Positions 28,129-38,579 of a stretch of 64,000 nucleotides of DNA are shown here, piece by piece. The stretch's first letter is position 1, and each line of letters begins with the position of its first letter. The notes beneath the pieces were generated by a model, which saw only the letters and a list, made by a program, of their open reading frames with translations, was not told where the DNA came from and made no database searches. The stretch is from Desulfurococcales archaeon (GTDB lineage Archaea; Thermoproteota; Thermoprotei_A; Sulfolobales; Desulfurococcaceae): assembly GCA_027022365.1 (NCBI GenBank), contig JALVYU010000031.1, positions 416,001 through 480,000 of the forward strand, in the 5' to 3' direction. A program made the translations under genes and the position numbers.

Positions 28129-30088
28129 CTATCGCCTCCGCCGAGCAACCAGTAATGTTATGATCAGCGTCGCCGATCCGGCTATGCCGATAACGATGAG
28201 TGGAGCGGGGAACCGGCTCGACATATGTGTCGTCGCTGCTACTGGAGAGCTACTCTGTGGGGGGCTACTCGTGGTGGGCCCGCTTATCGGCTGAGACATA
28301 GTTTTGCCGGCGGTGGACGTTGTGCTTTCCTGGCTGGTCGTTGATGTCTGTTTGCTAGCTGCTTGGGTCTCCGTACCTGTGCCGGGGTGTTTTGTGATCG
28401 TTGTCTCGGCTGGTTTTGGAGGCGTTATCTGCCCGCCATTGTTCAGCGTCGCTATTTCCTCTGCTCCAGTCTCTCCGGCTATCCTGTAGGCTGTAGCCTC
28501 GATTATTGCCTCGATGTTTTCCCTGTAGTTTTTGAGGGCTTTGACCGGGTCGTTGCCTGCTCCGATGCTGTATAGTGTCTTTATGAAACTGTTTGTAACC
28601 TCCGAGAAGAGGTTGTCAAGCGCGTCCGCCCTGTAGCCGGGATCCATGGCCTTGGGGTTTTGGAGCATCCATAGGTATGCTAGCCTATAATCGATCGCCA
28701 CGACTAGCGTGCTGTTGTTTCCTAGCTTGGCGGGCGGTAATGGTGCTGGTGGGGCGTTGCTGTACGTGATATTCGTGTCCGTGGTGTTGAGCTGCGGCGG
28801 CGTGGAAAGATCTAGTATGGCGTAGCTCACCCCATCCGGCTTCGGTGCATTGCCTAGGGCGTGGGCTGGGAGCGCTACCTGGAGGTCTCCGCCCGCAATG
28901 GGTAGGGGCGAGTCCTTGTAGACCCACATCAGCATTACTGTGGATCCGAGTGTATGGTCTGCCTGTATCTGGATGAACGCGTTGTTCTCTGCGATTATTT
29001 TCTGGAGGAGCAACGAGTCGTTTGTCTCGATGTATCTTGTCAGGGCTTCTTCTAGCTGGCTCTCCGTGTTATTGTATAGTTTTTCCTCGGGGCATACCTG
29101 GAGCGATGGATGGCCCGGGAACCACACATTTATAACTGGGCCTATAGCGCTAGCCTGCACCGGGTCTACTTTTACGGGCAGGCCTAAATAGGTTACGTTA
29201 TAAGTGGTTAAATATTCCTAGTCCGAGGGTTTTCTCAGCCAGCCCTATGATTGCCTCGGGGTTGCTTGAGTTCACTGCCTCCCTGGCTTGCTCGACGAGC
29301 GTGTCGAGGAGGCTCTTGTCCTGGATGATCCTGTCAATCCTCATGGTCACGTTCCTATAGGTTCCGTAAAGGATACCTGTTAGGTCGAGGCTCTCGTCCG
29401 CTAGTGAGAAGTACCCTAGGCTGCGCCACCCGCCCCTGTACCAGTAGTAGGCGTGCCAGTTACGCATGTTTATGAGGAACTCTGCCGTGATATTATACGT
29501 CGTTAGCGGCTGTTGTAGGTAGGCGTATGCTGCGTAGTATAGTCTCATCTCGAGCTCGAAGTAGGTCGTGTTGACGTACTTGTAGATAAACACCGTTTCC
29601 GCGGGACTCAGTACGAGCGGTGCTCCGCCGGAAACGTATTGTTTGATCGGATAGAGAACCTTCACGTCCACGAATAACGCGTGATCAGGGCTGCTGACAT
29701 ACTATGTCCTCACATCCTTGACCACTATGTTATCCGTCCTCGTGCTTCCCAGCACTTCTATCTGATAAGCTACCTCGTGTACGACGGTCCCATTGGGGAG
29801 GCTTAGATCAGAGCTGTAGGAGCCCGTGAAGCAGTGGAGCAGCGGCTCCACGGACTGGGCACTACCCGCTGCCCCGCCTGGGTTCACGCTCGGAACTCGA
29901 TGGTCTTCTGTGAGATAGTAGAGCATTGCCCCAACGTACTCGTTCTCCGTCGTGACGACTATATAGGGGCCCTGCCCTGCCTGGGCATATGCTGTGGTTG
30001 TGCCTGTTAAGGGGATGATTAGTCCTGCTACGAGGATAAGCACGGCTGTCAAGGCCAATATATTTAGGAGGATATGTATGAACAACAC
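28129..30088 (-). pseudogene. Disrupted secreted, C-terminally anchored cell-surface protein
   Basis: Signal peptide, in-frame TAG at 29702-29704, frameshift near 29200, Ser/Thr-rich linker, TM plus RRRR tail. Confidence 0.75.
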
Positions 30089-30252
30089 CTCCAGCGTGCT
30101 CCGGTAGAACTAGTATGCGGCGCCAATAATATGTTTTTCCCACCAAGAAAGGGGCGGGGGAGGAGGAAAACCCTTAAAAACACTATCTAACACCAGGAAC
30201 ACCCGAGCAGAAGAGATCCTGTGGTCCACTCCTCCAAACAGGGTAAGCGCCC

Positions 30253-31266
30253 ATGGAGACGGCTGTGCCGGCACGCCATTACCAGCGGGTGGGAGTCCTC
30301 GCCGAGTGCATGGTGTGCGAGCGCGGCTGCAAGATACCGGTCGATGGCAGGGGGTATTGCCGGAACCGGGTGAACAGGGGTGGCAGGCTCTACTACATGT
30401 TCTACGGGTGCCTGAGCGCGCTGGAGCCGCGGCCTATAGAGGTTAAGCCTCTATATCACTACTATCCCGGCACGTACACGTTGACGTACTCTGGATACGG
30501 ATGCAATTTCCCCTGTCCATGGTGCCAGAACTGGGGGCTTAGCAAAACAGACCCCTCTACCATGCCCTACACCTACGTCTCACCGGAAGAGCTGGTGGAG
30601 AGAGCTGTCAGGGCTGGCTGTAGAGGCGTCTGCGCCAGCTTCAATGAGCCGACGATCCATCTAGAATACGTCTTAGACGTGACGGGGGAAGCGGTGAGGG
30701 AGAACCTCTACTCCTGCATAGTGACCAACGGATACATGAGCTTGGCGAGCCTCAAAGACATGCTGGAGGCGGGCATCACGGGCTACAGCATAGATATCAA
30801 GGGCTGCCCAGAAACCTACAGGAGATTCCTTGGGGCGGACCCAGAGATAGTTTATAGGAACGCCAAATACATCCTCAGCCGTGGAGGACACGTCGAGATG
30901 GTTTACCTAGTTGTGCCGGGAGCTAATGATTGGGGCGAGTGCGTGGACTACGTGCTCTCGAGGCACGCCGACCTCCTAGGAGAAGAGACGCCTCTCCACA
31001 TAAACAGATACTACCCCGCATACATGTACCGGGAACCCCCGACACCCGTTGAGAAGCTCCTCGAGATCAGGGATAAGGCCATGAGGGAATACAACATAAA
31101 ATACGTCTACGTCGGGAACACAAGTCTCCACGAGCTACAGGACACGGTCTGCCCGAGATGCGGTAAGAAGCTCATTGTAAGGAGGCCTGGATACGTAGAA
31201 GTGAAAACAACCAGTGATTACCGGTGCCCAAGGTGTGGGGAGAAGATCCCAGTATACTGTGGATGA
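30253..31266 (+). CDS. Radical SAM enzyme (AmmeMemoRadiSam/PflA-like)
   Basis: CMVCERGC, PIEVKPLYHY, GCNFPCPWCQNW, C-terminal CPRC x2. Confidence 0.88.
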   Translation: METAVPARHYQRVGVLAECMVCERGCKIPVDGRGYCRNRVNRGGRLYYMFYGCLSALEPRPIEVKPLYHYYPGTYTLTYSGYGCNFPCPWCQNWGLSKTDPSTMPYTYVSPEELVERAVRAGCRGVCASFNEPTIHLEYVLDVTGEAVRENLYSCIVTNGYMSLASLKDMLEAGITGYSIDIKGCPETYRRFLGADPEIVYRNAKYILSRGGHVEMVYLVVPGANDWGECVDYVLSRHADLLGEETPLHINRYYPAYMYREPPTPVEKLLEIRDKAMREYNIKYVYVGNTSLHELQDTVCPRCGKKLIVRRPGYVEVKTTSDYRCPRCGEKIPVYCG

Positions 31267-31301
31267 AAGTGGATAGGAAAACCTGTATGTTTCGAATATA
31301 C

Positions 31302-32651
31302 CTAGCCGGCGAGGGATCTTATTATTTCCACTACTTTCACCGGATCCTCCCCCAGCACTCTGATCATGGGTTCTCTAGCATAGTCTCCATGATCATAGAT
31401 GATGTCCGGGACCCTCCCAGTCTCCTTTACGGCTTCGCCGAGGATCCATGGTATCGATGACCCCTCCACTTTCTTCACATCCATGGGCTCCACGCGCCTA
31501 TCCACATAACAGATGCTGTACCCCTTCTCCCTGGCTCTCTCCACCAGCCTCTCATCATACCTTATGTTCGCGGCCGCACGTATCCTCGGATCATATCTCT
31601 GAGCAGCCAGCACTAGTCTCGCCATATGGCTTGAGGCACCAAACCTTATCATGCCGTGAACAACTGGCCTGTTTATTCCCCTTGTTATTCTGCCCTCGAC
31701 CCCGGCGACGTCACGTACTGTGCGGGCGTAGAGGGCTGGGAGACTATAAACTATGTTTGTGCCGACCTCCGGTACCAGGTTGTTCGCTCCCGGTATCCCG
31801 AGGAACATCCTGACCGCTTCCTCGAGGAGCGATAATACCCTGTATTTCTCCGCAGGGATCCATATCCATGCCGCGGGGTTGACTGGCCCGTGGCCGCGGC
31901 CTATTGGTAGGCTGTACTTTATCGCTGTTGTTATGAATTCCTTGGCTTTCCCCACGGCTTCCACTAGGCCGTAGTTCTTGGCTAGTAGCGCCGTTATCGC
32001 CGCGGAGAAACTGCATCCCGTTCCATGCGTATTCTTTGTCTCGATTCTTTCTGCTTTGAAGTAGTAGTGTCTTCCACGGTAATAGAGTACGTCGACGGAT
32101 TCGCTGCCGCCAAGGTGCCCGCCCTTCACGACCGCTGCTTCCGCCCCGTGCTTCTCGACTATTGTTCTCGCGGCCTCCATCATGTCCTCTAGGCCGTTGA
32201 TCCTCATGCCTGATAGGATCTCTGCCTCGGGGATATTTGGCGTAACCAGCACTGCTCTCGGCAACAACTCCCTGATGAGAGCATCAATAGCGTCTTCGCG
32301 TAAGAGCCTAGCACCACTCTTAGCAACCATTACAGGGTCTACTACCAGGGGGAACCCGAGTTCTTCAACTGTCTCCGCCACCGCATGTATTATCTCCTTG
32401 TTGCTCAGCATCCCCGTCTTCCCCGCGTCTATCCCCGTGTCGCGGTAGACCACCCTGATCTGCTCGGCCACAATCTCCGGGGGCAGATCGTGTATCATTG
32501 TGACCTCGTAGGTGTTCTGCGCCGTCACGCTCGTTATGGCTACTGCACCATGTACCCCTAGGGCCATGAACGTCTTGAGGTCTGCCTCGATACCAGCCCC
32601 TCCACCACTGTCTGACCCGGCTATAGTTATAGCTACGGGTACGGCTCTCAT
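31302..32651 (-). CDS. thiD: Bifunctional HMP/HMP-P kinase - thiamine-phosphate synthase ThiDN
   Basis: [30 protein letters not shown]; ThiN part [23 protein letters not shown]. Confidence 0.93.
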   Translation of the reverse strand: MRAVPVAITIAGSDSGGGAGIEADLKTFMALGVHGAVAITSVTAQNTYEVTMIHDLPPEIVAEQIRVVYRDTGIDAGKTGMLSNKEIIHAVAETVEELGFPLVVDPVMVAKSGARLLREDAIDALIRELLPRAVLVTPNIPEAEILSGMRINGLEDMMEAARTIVEKHGAEAAVVKGGHLGGSESVDVLYYRGRHYYFKAERIETKNTHGTGCSFSAAITALLAKNYGLVEAVGKAKEFITTAIKYSLPIGRGHGPVNPAAWIWIPAEKYRVLSLLEEAVRMFLGIPGANNLVPEVGTNIVYSLPALYARTVRDVAGVEGRITRGINRPVVHGMIRFGASSHMARLVLAAQRYDPRIRAAANIRYDERLVERAREKGYSICYVDRRVEPMDVKKVEGSSIPWILGEAVKETGRVPDIIYDHGDYAREPMIRVLGEDPVKVVEIIRSLAG

Positions 32652-32688
32652 AGTCTCGCACCATTATATAGAGTTGTGGCTACCGGCG

Positions 32689-32719
32689 TAATAACCTTGT
32701 TATCCAGGAATTGATAACC
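32689..32719. promoter_or_regulatory. Operator-like motif upstream of thiDN
   Basis: TAATAACCTTGTTATCCAGGAATTGATAACC; 25/31 identical to 36267-36297. Confidence 0.65.
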
Positions 32720-32966
32720 CTATTAATAATTCGTTTATCATACGAACACCCGTACAAGTACTCTGGCCAGAACCGAAGACCACTCGACCCAATACCGGCC
32801 CCTATAGCTCTATCCCCACATATTCACCCGTTTCCACCGCGGAACAACAGGGCTCATCCGCCGTCGTGAGGGCATGAATAGCTATGCGTTGCTTCATTGT
32901 TGCGTGGACATGGTTGCCGGATAGCTTATATTGGTTACCCCCTGATCATAGAGTGGATGACCCGCC

Positions 32967-33686
32967 TTGAACAACGTTGAGCTTTTCAGGAAGGGTCTCG
33001 AGAAGATCCATGAAGGATCAATCGGTATGGCCGTAGCTTCATTACTATCCGTTATAGGAGTTGCGCCTGTATTTGTCTCGGCGCCGTTCTCACTAAAGAT
33101 CAGGGTCAGTGTATCGGCCACAGGCCCGCAGGTTCTCCGTCTACCTCCGTTATTTCAGGACTTCATAACAGGTATTCTGGTGCTCGTGGGCATAATAGCA
33201 GTTATTGGCGGCGCCCTATTCCTCATATTCAGTACCGGCTATGTCGTGCCGGGTTATAGGATGGTTAACGCGGGGTCCGGGCATAGGTATAGTCCGCAGT
33301 ACAAGCTGTTATCTGTAGGTTTGTCCCTCACGAGTGTAGCGGAGATCATTATTGGCGCCGCGATAGCCTCGCTCGGGACGGGCCAAATTTTTGGATCAAT
33401 GCTTCAGCATGAAATCCTCGAGTACACGGTACTACTGGGCGTTCTCGCCACGGTATTGTTCGTGTTCAGGCTCGTCGGCTACCTAGGGACGGGGCTGTTC
33501 CTAATACAATTATACAATAGATACAATGACGCGCTATTACTAGCCACGGGAATACTGTTCATAGTCGCTATTCCCCTACCCCTCATAGGCTTCATAGCAT
33601 GGGTATTGACGGCCATAGCGGCTCGCCAGTTAATGGAAAGAATAAGCCAGAGCTCCAGACAAGAGCCCCTGACCACTTATTCCTAG
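32967..33686 (+). CDS. Membrane protein (DUF973-like)
   Basis: KGLEKIHEG start, ~5-6 TM segments, LYNRYND...GIL...IGFIAWVL. Confidence 0.65.
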   Translation: MNNVELFRKGLEKIHEGSIGMAVASLLSVIGVAPVFVSAPFSLKIRVSVSATGPQVLRLPPLFQDFITGILVLVGIIAVIGGALFLIFSTGYVVPGYRMVNAGSGHRYSPQYKLLSVGLSLTSVAEIIIGAAIASLGTGQIFGSMLQHEILEYTVLLGVLATVLFVFRLVGYLGTGLFLIQLYNRYNDALLLATGILFIVAIPLPLIGFIAWVLTAIAARQLMERISQSSRQEPLTTYS

Positions 33687-33871
33687 GAAGAACTAATGAT
33701 GTACACGGGATCTCAGGATCAGAGGGCTTCGTGGCGGTTCTTCACTGTGTGAATAGATGCGCCTAAATAATATAATAATATGTATTATACACACGTGAAT
33801 GCCCTAGGATCGCCCTGCACATTACATACTTTATTTTCTGATAAAACTCTATAGATAGTATACGTGTTTAG

Positions 33872-34246
33872 GTGGAGAGGTACAGTAGATCGATGAGGCT
33901 GCTTCGAGGTCTCCGGATCCTGCTCTATGTTTCGTCGCTAGGTTTACTTGCTTATTTCGAGTACCATTTAAGCCCGGAGATCCTTGGCTGGAGCATGTTC
34001 TTCACAGTACTATATATTGTCGTCCTATCGCTAACGCTTGGACTAGACCACGTGGTTCCCGGGGTTTTCCTCTCATACCTCTTCGCGGGAATTGCTGGGG
34101 ACGTGCTGCTCCTGAGGATTCACGGGGAGCTGATAGGGGGTTCGTGGATATACTATCTCCTGGCGTGCCTCTCCACCGGCGCCGTGTTTTGCTTCCTCGG
34201 CGGCCGAGCTATTGGAGCCGGGCCGGATAAACCCTGCCGTGACTAG
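33872..34246 (+). CDS. 4-TM membrane protein, probably N-terminal fragment of the next ORF
   Basis: Hydrophobic ORF overlapping the next by 35 bp. Confidence 0.55.
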   Translation: MERYSRSMRLLRGLRILLYVSSLGLLAYFEYHLSPEILGWSMFFTVLYIVVLSLTLGLDHVVPGVFLSYLFAGIAGDVLLLRIHGELIGGSWIYYLLACLSTGAVFCFLGGRAIGAGPDKPCRD

Positions 34247-35345
34247 AGGCTCGATAATACTGTGTAGCTTCACATCCATTGTGCTCAGCATCTACTTGTT
34301 CAGGCTGGTCGTGCCGAGCATGCTTACTCTGAGCATGGCCCCTCTACTGATTATTGGTCTCTCGATAATCCTCTATGCTCTCCTCATACTCTACGACCAG
34401 GCATTGTTCCATCTCCTCGTCGGGGCGATCGGCGGATCGCGCTCGAGGCCCGACACGGACAAATACCTGTACTCCCAGGTGCTGGGCTTCTTCCTCTTCA
34501 CCCTCACGATCATCGTTGTCCTGATACCCAATTTCAAGCCCTCCGAGAGACCCTACCTGGCCCTCAGCATACTCTACTCCTACCTGTACGGCGGCCTCTC
34601 ACTATCACTCATAGCCTCGCTTTTCCTCGGCCACTCACTCATCTCCTACCCGCTGGGGAGGAGGCCGGAGATCACCGGCTATCTATCCACAAGCATCAAG
34701 GAGTATGTCAGGCTTAGATATGTTTCCTCGCTCATCAACCTGTTCAAGCACATCGAGGCCAGTCCACGCGGGAGAAAGATCATGAGCGTGGAGGTGGTCG
34801 AGGCTCTCAGGAAGGGCTATGAGGGCCTACCTAGATATGCACGGCTAATGAGGGTTTTCGGGAAGACCAGAGATCTTCTCACGTACCTCGAGAACGTAAG
34901 GGTTCTGGAGGCAAGGCCAGACATACTTAATATGCTCCGCCAGATCGATCCCAGCGGGTATCTCGCAAAGACGTTCGAGACGATCGTGCTCCGGGCGTAC
35001 AGGATGAAGATCATGGGGGACGAAAAATACACTAAGGAGATTAAACAGCTCAAGAGCCTCATACGATCCTACAAGGCGAAGACCAGTGGAGCGGATAGGG
35101 AGAAGATTATCGAGCTGCTCGATAGGCTCCGGAAGCCTAACGTGCTGGACGAACTCGTCTCCGTGTCCAGGCCTAGTCTCCGCCACCTGAGGAACAGGCT
35201 CGTCCACGGGAGGCTCAGCAGGGAGGTCATAATGATCGGTGATAGGCTCGCCGATGACCTCGAGTTCCTCGACGACCCGCTGAGCATGTATGTTCTCTGC
35301 TCCTGCCTCCTCATATACACCGGGATGGTGCTGGGACAGGGTTAA
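34212..35345 (+). CDS. Membrane protein with C-terminal HEPN-like domain
   Basis: 4 TM segments, helical soluble domain ending LRNRLVHG (R-X4-H). Confidence 0.65.
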   Translation: MEPGRINPAVTRGSIILCSFTSIVLSIYLFRLVVPSMLTLSMAPLLIIGLSIILYALLILYDQALFHLLVGAIGGSRSRPDTDKYLYSQVLGFFLFTLTIIVVLIPNFKPSERPYLALSILYSYLYGGLSLSLIASLFLGHSLISYPLGRRPEITGYLSTSIKEYVRLRYVSSLINLFKHIEASPRGRKIMSVEVVEALRKGYEGLPRYARLMRVFGKTRDLLTYLENVRVLEARPDILNMLRQIDPSGYLAKTFETIVLRAYRMKIMGDEKYTKEIKQLKSLIRSYKAKTSGADREKIIELLDRLRKPNVLDELVSVSRPSLRHLRNRLVHGRLSREVIMIGDRLADDLEFLDDPLSMYVLCSCLLIYTGMVLGQG

Positions 35346-35382
35346 TAGGCTGGTTCCCCCCTAAGATGAGATCATACATAAT

Positions 35383-36213
35383 ATGACGCGGTGCATCGTT
35401 ATGGATGCTCTGGGCCAGACGATCCCATATACCGGCGTGACCGTGTACCAGATCATAGTCTTCGCGGCAGCCATAATAGCGGGGTACATACTGGTAAAGA
35501 TAATGGTCTACGTGCTAGGCAAGACTCTCCACAGGCTCAGGGTCCCCGGCATCGTAGAGGGGCTAATCATAGGGATCGCCAAGGCTGTCGGATACATAGT
35601 TGTCATCCTATCAGCCCTACCGCTGATAGGGGTAAACACTGGTGTGGCCGGCCTCGGCTTATCCGCTATCCTTGGCCTGATACTTGGCTTCGGCCTACAG
35701 GACACGTGGGCTAATATGGCGGCAGGGGTATGGCTGGCCGTGATAAGGCCCTTCGATAAGGGCGACTACGTGGAGGTTGCGGGGTACAGCGGTGTTGTTG
35801 AGGGGATAGGCGTCATGTCCACGGTTCTCAGGACATGGGATAACGTAGTGATCACTATACCCAACAAGAATATCTGGGGAGCGCCGATCGTGAACTATAC
35901 GAGGCTACCGATCAGGAGGATAACCCTCAATGTCGGCGTAGCCTACGGCACGGATCTAGACCGCGCGGTAGCGGTAGCTCTAAGCATACTCAAAAACCAC
36001 CCCAAGACCCTGGACGAGCCGGAGCCGCAGGTTGTGGTCACGGAGCTCGGCGACTCCAGTATAAACCTCCAGCTGAGGGTATGGGTGAAGAAGGAGGACT
36101 ACGGGCTGGTCAAGGCGGAGATCATCAAGAAGATCTATGAGGAGTTCACCAGGGCGGACATAGAAATACCGTATCCGCAGCTAGACGTGCACATAAGGGA
36201 TATGCCCCGCTAG
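35383..36213 (+). CDS. mscS: Small-conductance mechanosensitive channel
   Basis: GFGLQDTWANMAAG, RPFDKGD, IPN, VGVAYGTD, IEIPYPQ. Confidence 0.93.
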   Translation: MTRCIVMDALGQTIPYTGVTVYQIIVFAAAIIAGYILVKIMVYVLGKTLHRLRVPGIVEGLIIGIAKAVGYIVVILSALPLIGVNTGVAGLGLSAILGLILGFGLQDTWANMAAGVWLAVIRPFDKGDYVEVAGYSGVVEGIGVMSTVLRTWDNVVITIPNKNIWGAPIVNYTRLPIRRITLNVGVAYGTDLDRAVAVALSILKNHPKTLDEPEPQVVVTELGDSSINLQLRVWVKKEDYGLVKAEIIKKIYEEFTRADIEIPYPQLDVHIRDMPR

Positions 36214-36266
36214 ATGCTCTTTTTTACTTTGTGTATGTTACTCGGCGCTCTATGGTTCGGCCCACT

Positions 36267-36297
36267 TAATAACCAGGTTATCCAAGTAATAATAACC
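36267..36297. promoter_or_regulatory. Operator overlapping TATA box of ECF operon
   Basis: TAATAACCAGGTTATCCAAGTAATAATAACC immediately before the GTG start. Confidence 0.65.
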
Positions 36298-36299
36298 GG

Positions 36300-37769
36300 G
36301 TGAACGAAGCAGTGCTGCTCAAGTACAGCATACGCGGCGCAGGCTACGGGGAGGGCCCGGCCATAATAGAGGATGTAGCAGCGGATCTTGGGGAGGGAGG
36401 GCTGCTCGTGCTCGCGGGCCCCTCGGGCAGCGGCAAGACCACTACACTGCTAGCCATAACCGGTGTTCTCAACAACCTCCTATACGGATGGGTCGAGGGA
36501 GAATCATGGATAGCCGGGATAAACCCGCTGTCCCCCGAAGGCTTCGACGAGATCCCCACGAGGATCGGTGCCGTGCTCCAAGACCCGGACAAGCAGCTGG
36601 CCATGCCAACCCCTTATTCAGAGGTGGCGTTCACCCTTGAGAACCTAGGGTATCCGGAGCATGTTATCCGTGAGAAGACCGTTGAGATGCTTGAGCGGCT
36701 GGGCCTCCGCGACAAGATGTACGCCCACGTCGAGGATCTAAGCGGCGGAGAGAAGAGGAGGCTGACCTTCGCCTCCGCGGTCGTCCATGATCCCCCGCTC
36801 CTGCTCCTCGACGAGCCCTCGGCGAGCATGGATCCGTGGGGGATCAGGGAGGTCAGGGGCTTCATAAGTGATTGGAGACGGCGGGGGAAAGGCGTCTTGG
36901 TCGTCGAGCACAAGCTCCGCTACTTCCTCTGGGATGGCGCGAGGATACAGGTCTACCGCGGCGGTAGAGTGGTACGGGAGCTAGAGGCACCGCTGTCACG
37001 GGGCGAGATCAGGTTTCTCGAGGAGATAGGCGTCGACGCCGGTCCCCCGAGAATAAGGCGTGTCAAGCCCCCCACTGGCTCGAGCCGGGTTCTAGAGGCC
37101 AGGGGCCTCGTGATAGGATACGGGGAAAACATTGTTGCAAGGGATATAGACCTGTACCTTGATAGGGGGGAGGCCGTGGCTATTATCGGGCGCAATGGTG
37201 CTGGTAAGACAACCCTCCTCAAAACACTGGCCGGCGGCCTAGACCCTCTGGACGGCGAAGTATTATTGCTGGGGGAGAAAACCTTCTCGAGACAGAGGAT
37301 CGGCCGGGTCTTCTACGTGCCGCAGACTCCGGACTACCTCTTCGTCGCCCCGAGCCTTGAGGGAGAAGTAAGGGAGATAGCGGGGAAGACTGGGAAACCC
37401 GTGGATTGGATTACGCGCTACATACCATGGTACGGGGAGGCCAGGAAGACGAGTCCCTATAGGCTGAGCCACGGGCAGAGGAGATGGCTATCAATAATCA
37501 TCGCGTACAGCTATGGGGCTCCCGTAATACTGTTGGATGAGCCCAGCAGCGGCCTCGACCTGAGACTATTTAGGAGGCTCGCGGGCCTCGTCGGCAAGCT
37601 CAGGGGGGAGGGTGTATCGTTCCTCATATCGACCCATGACCCCCGCGTTGTCGGGGAGATGTGTAGCCGGGCCTACATCCTGGATCGGGGCAGGCTCCGA
37701 GAAATAGATCGCTATAGGGCTGTGGAACTACTCGAGGAGGAGGCGGGTCTAAGCCTTGAGGAGGCCTAG
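36300..37769 (+). CDS. ECF transporter duplicated ATPase
   Basis: Two Walker A motifs (GPSGSGKT, GRNGAGKT), LSGGEK and LSHGQ signatures. Confidence 0.9.
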   Translation: MNEAVLLKYSIRGAGYGEGPAIIEDVAADLGEGGLLVLAGPSGSGKTTTLLAITGVLNNLLYGWVEGESWIAGINPLSPEGFDEIPTRIGAVLQDPDKQLAMPTPYSEVAFTLENLGYPEHVIREKTVEMLERLGLRDKMYAHVEDLSGGEKRRLTFASAVVHDPPLLLLDEPSASMDPWGIREVRGFISDWRRRGKGVLVVEHKLRYFLWDGARIQVYRGGRVVRELEAPLSRGEIRFLEEIGVDAGPPRIRRVKPPTGSSRVLEARGLVIGYGENIVARDIDLYLDRGEAVAIIGRNGAGKTTLLKTLAGGLDPLDGEVLLLGEKTFSRQRIGRVFYVPQTPDYLFVAPSLEGEVREIAGKTGKPVDWITRYIPWYGEARKTSPYRLSHGQRRWLSIIIAYSYGAPVILLDEPSSGLDLRLFRRLAGLVGKLRGEGVSFLISTHDPRVVGEMCSRAYILDRGRLREIDRYRAVELLEEEAGLSLEEA

Positions 37770-38466
37770 TACGAGCATACTCTTCATCTACGGCCTGGCG
37801 ATCACGCTCCTAGCCTTCATCTACAGGGACCCATACAGCCTCCTACTCATAAGCATACCTAACGCTGTGGCAGGTATTTATCTGGGATACAGGAGGGCTA
37901 AGCTCATAGTGGTGTTGCTTCTCCTCAGCATATGGGGGACGTTCCTCAACGCGTACTTCCTGGCTAATCACGGCCAAGTAGTGGCTGTTCTGGGGCCGCT
38001 GGTGATACGTGAGGGAGCTGTAAGGGCGACGGCCCAGATAGGGCTCCGCCTCCTAGCAATAGCGGGGGCGGCGCTGATCTTCATAGGGGGCGCGGAGCCC
38101 GAGCAGATAATAAGGGATCTGGAGGCCGAGCTCCGACTACCGAAAACAATAACGTTCAGCCTCGCCTACGCTCTCCGCCTCATCCCACTCCTAAGAAGGG
38201 ATTACAGCGAGATAATGTTCTGCCGGCGCCAGAGAGGGTACCGGAGGATCGCTTATCTGCCGGGGGACATCAAGACGCTTCTCCTACCACTGCTCAGCAT
38301 AGCGTATCAGCGCGCCATATGGGCTGGAATAACCGTGGAGCTGAGGGGCTTCAGGAAGAGGAGGCCCCGCTACAGGAGGCCTAGGATAGGCCTTGTCGAA
38401 GCACTCCTGCTCTCATGGCTCGCCCTACAGGTGGTCCTGCCCATCATGGCTGGATGGACAATGTGA
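37756..38466 (+). CDS. ecfT: ECF transporter T component
   Basis: ALRLIP, RQRG and ELRGF (XRX) motifs. Confidence 0.85.
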   Translation: MRRPSTSILFIYGLAITLLAFIYRDPYSLLLISIPNAVAGIYLGYRRAKLIVVLLLLSIWGTFLNAYFLANHGQVVAVLGPLVIREGAVRATAQIGLRLLAIAGAALIFIGGAEPEQIIRDLEAELRLPKTITFSLAYALRLIPLLRRDYSEIMFCRRQRGYRRIAYLPGDIKTLLLPLLSIAYQRAIWAGITVELRGFRKRRPRYRRPRIGLVEALLLSWLALQVVLPIMAGWTM

Positions 38467-38525
38467 TCCCCCACGGCCCCGACCATTATATGCGTGATGA
38501 GGCGTGACGGGCTAGGGATCACATT
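38460..38525 (+). ncRNA. Candidate K-turn small RNA (C/D- or H/ACA-like)
   Basis: 11-bp terminal inverted repeat enclosing CCGA...GTGATGA. Confidence 0.35.
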
Positions 38526-38579
38526 TATAGCAAGCGTTAAATCTATGAAGAACACAATATATAAACCGCAGGTGGTTCC

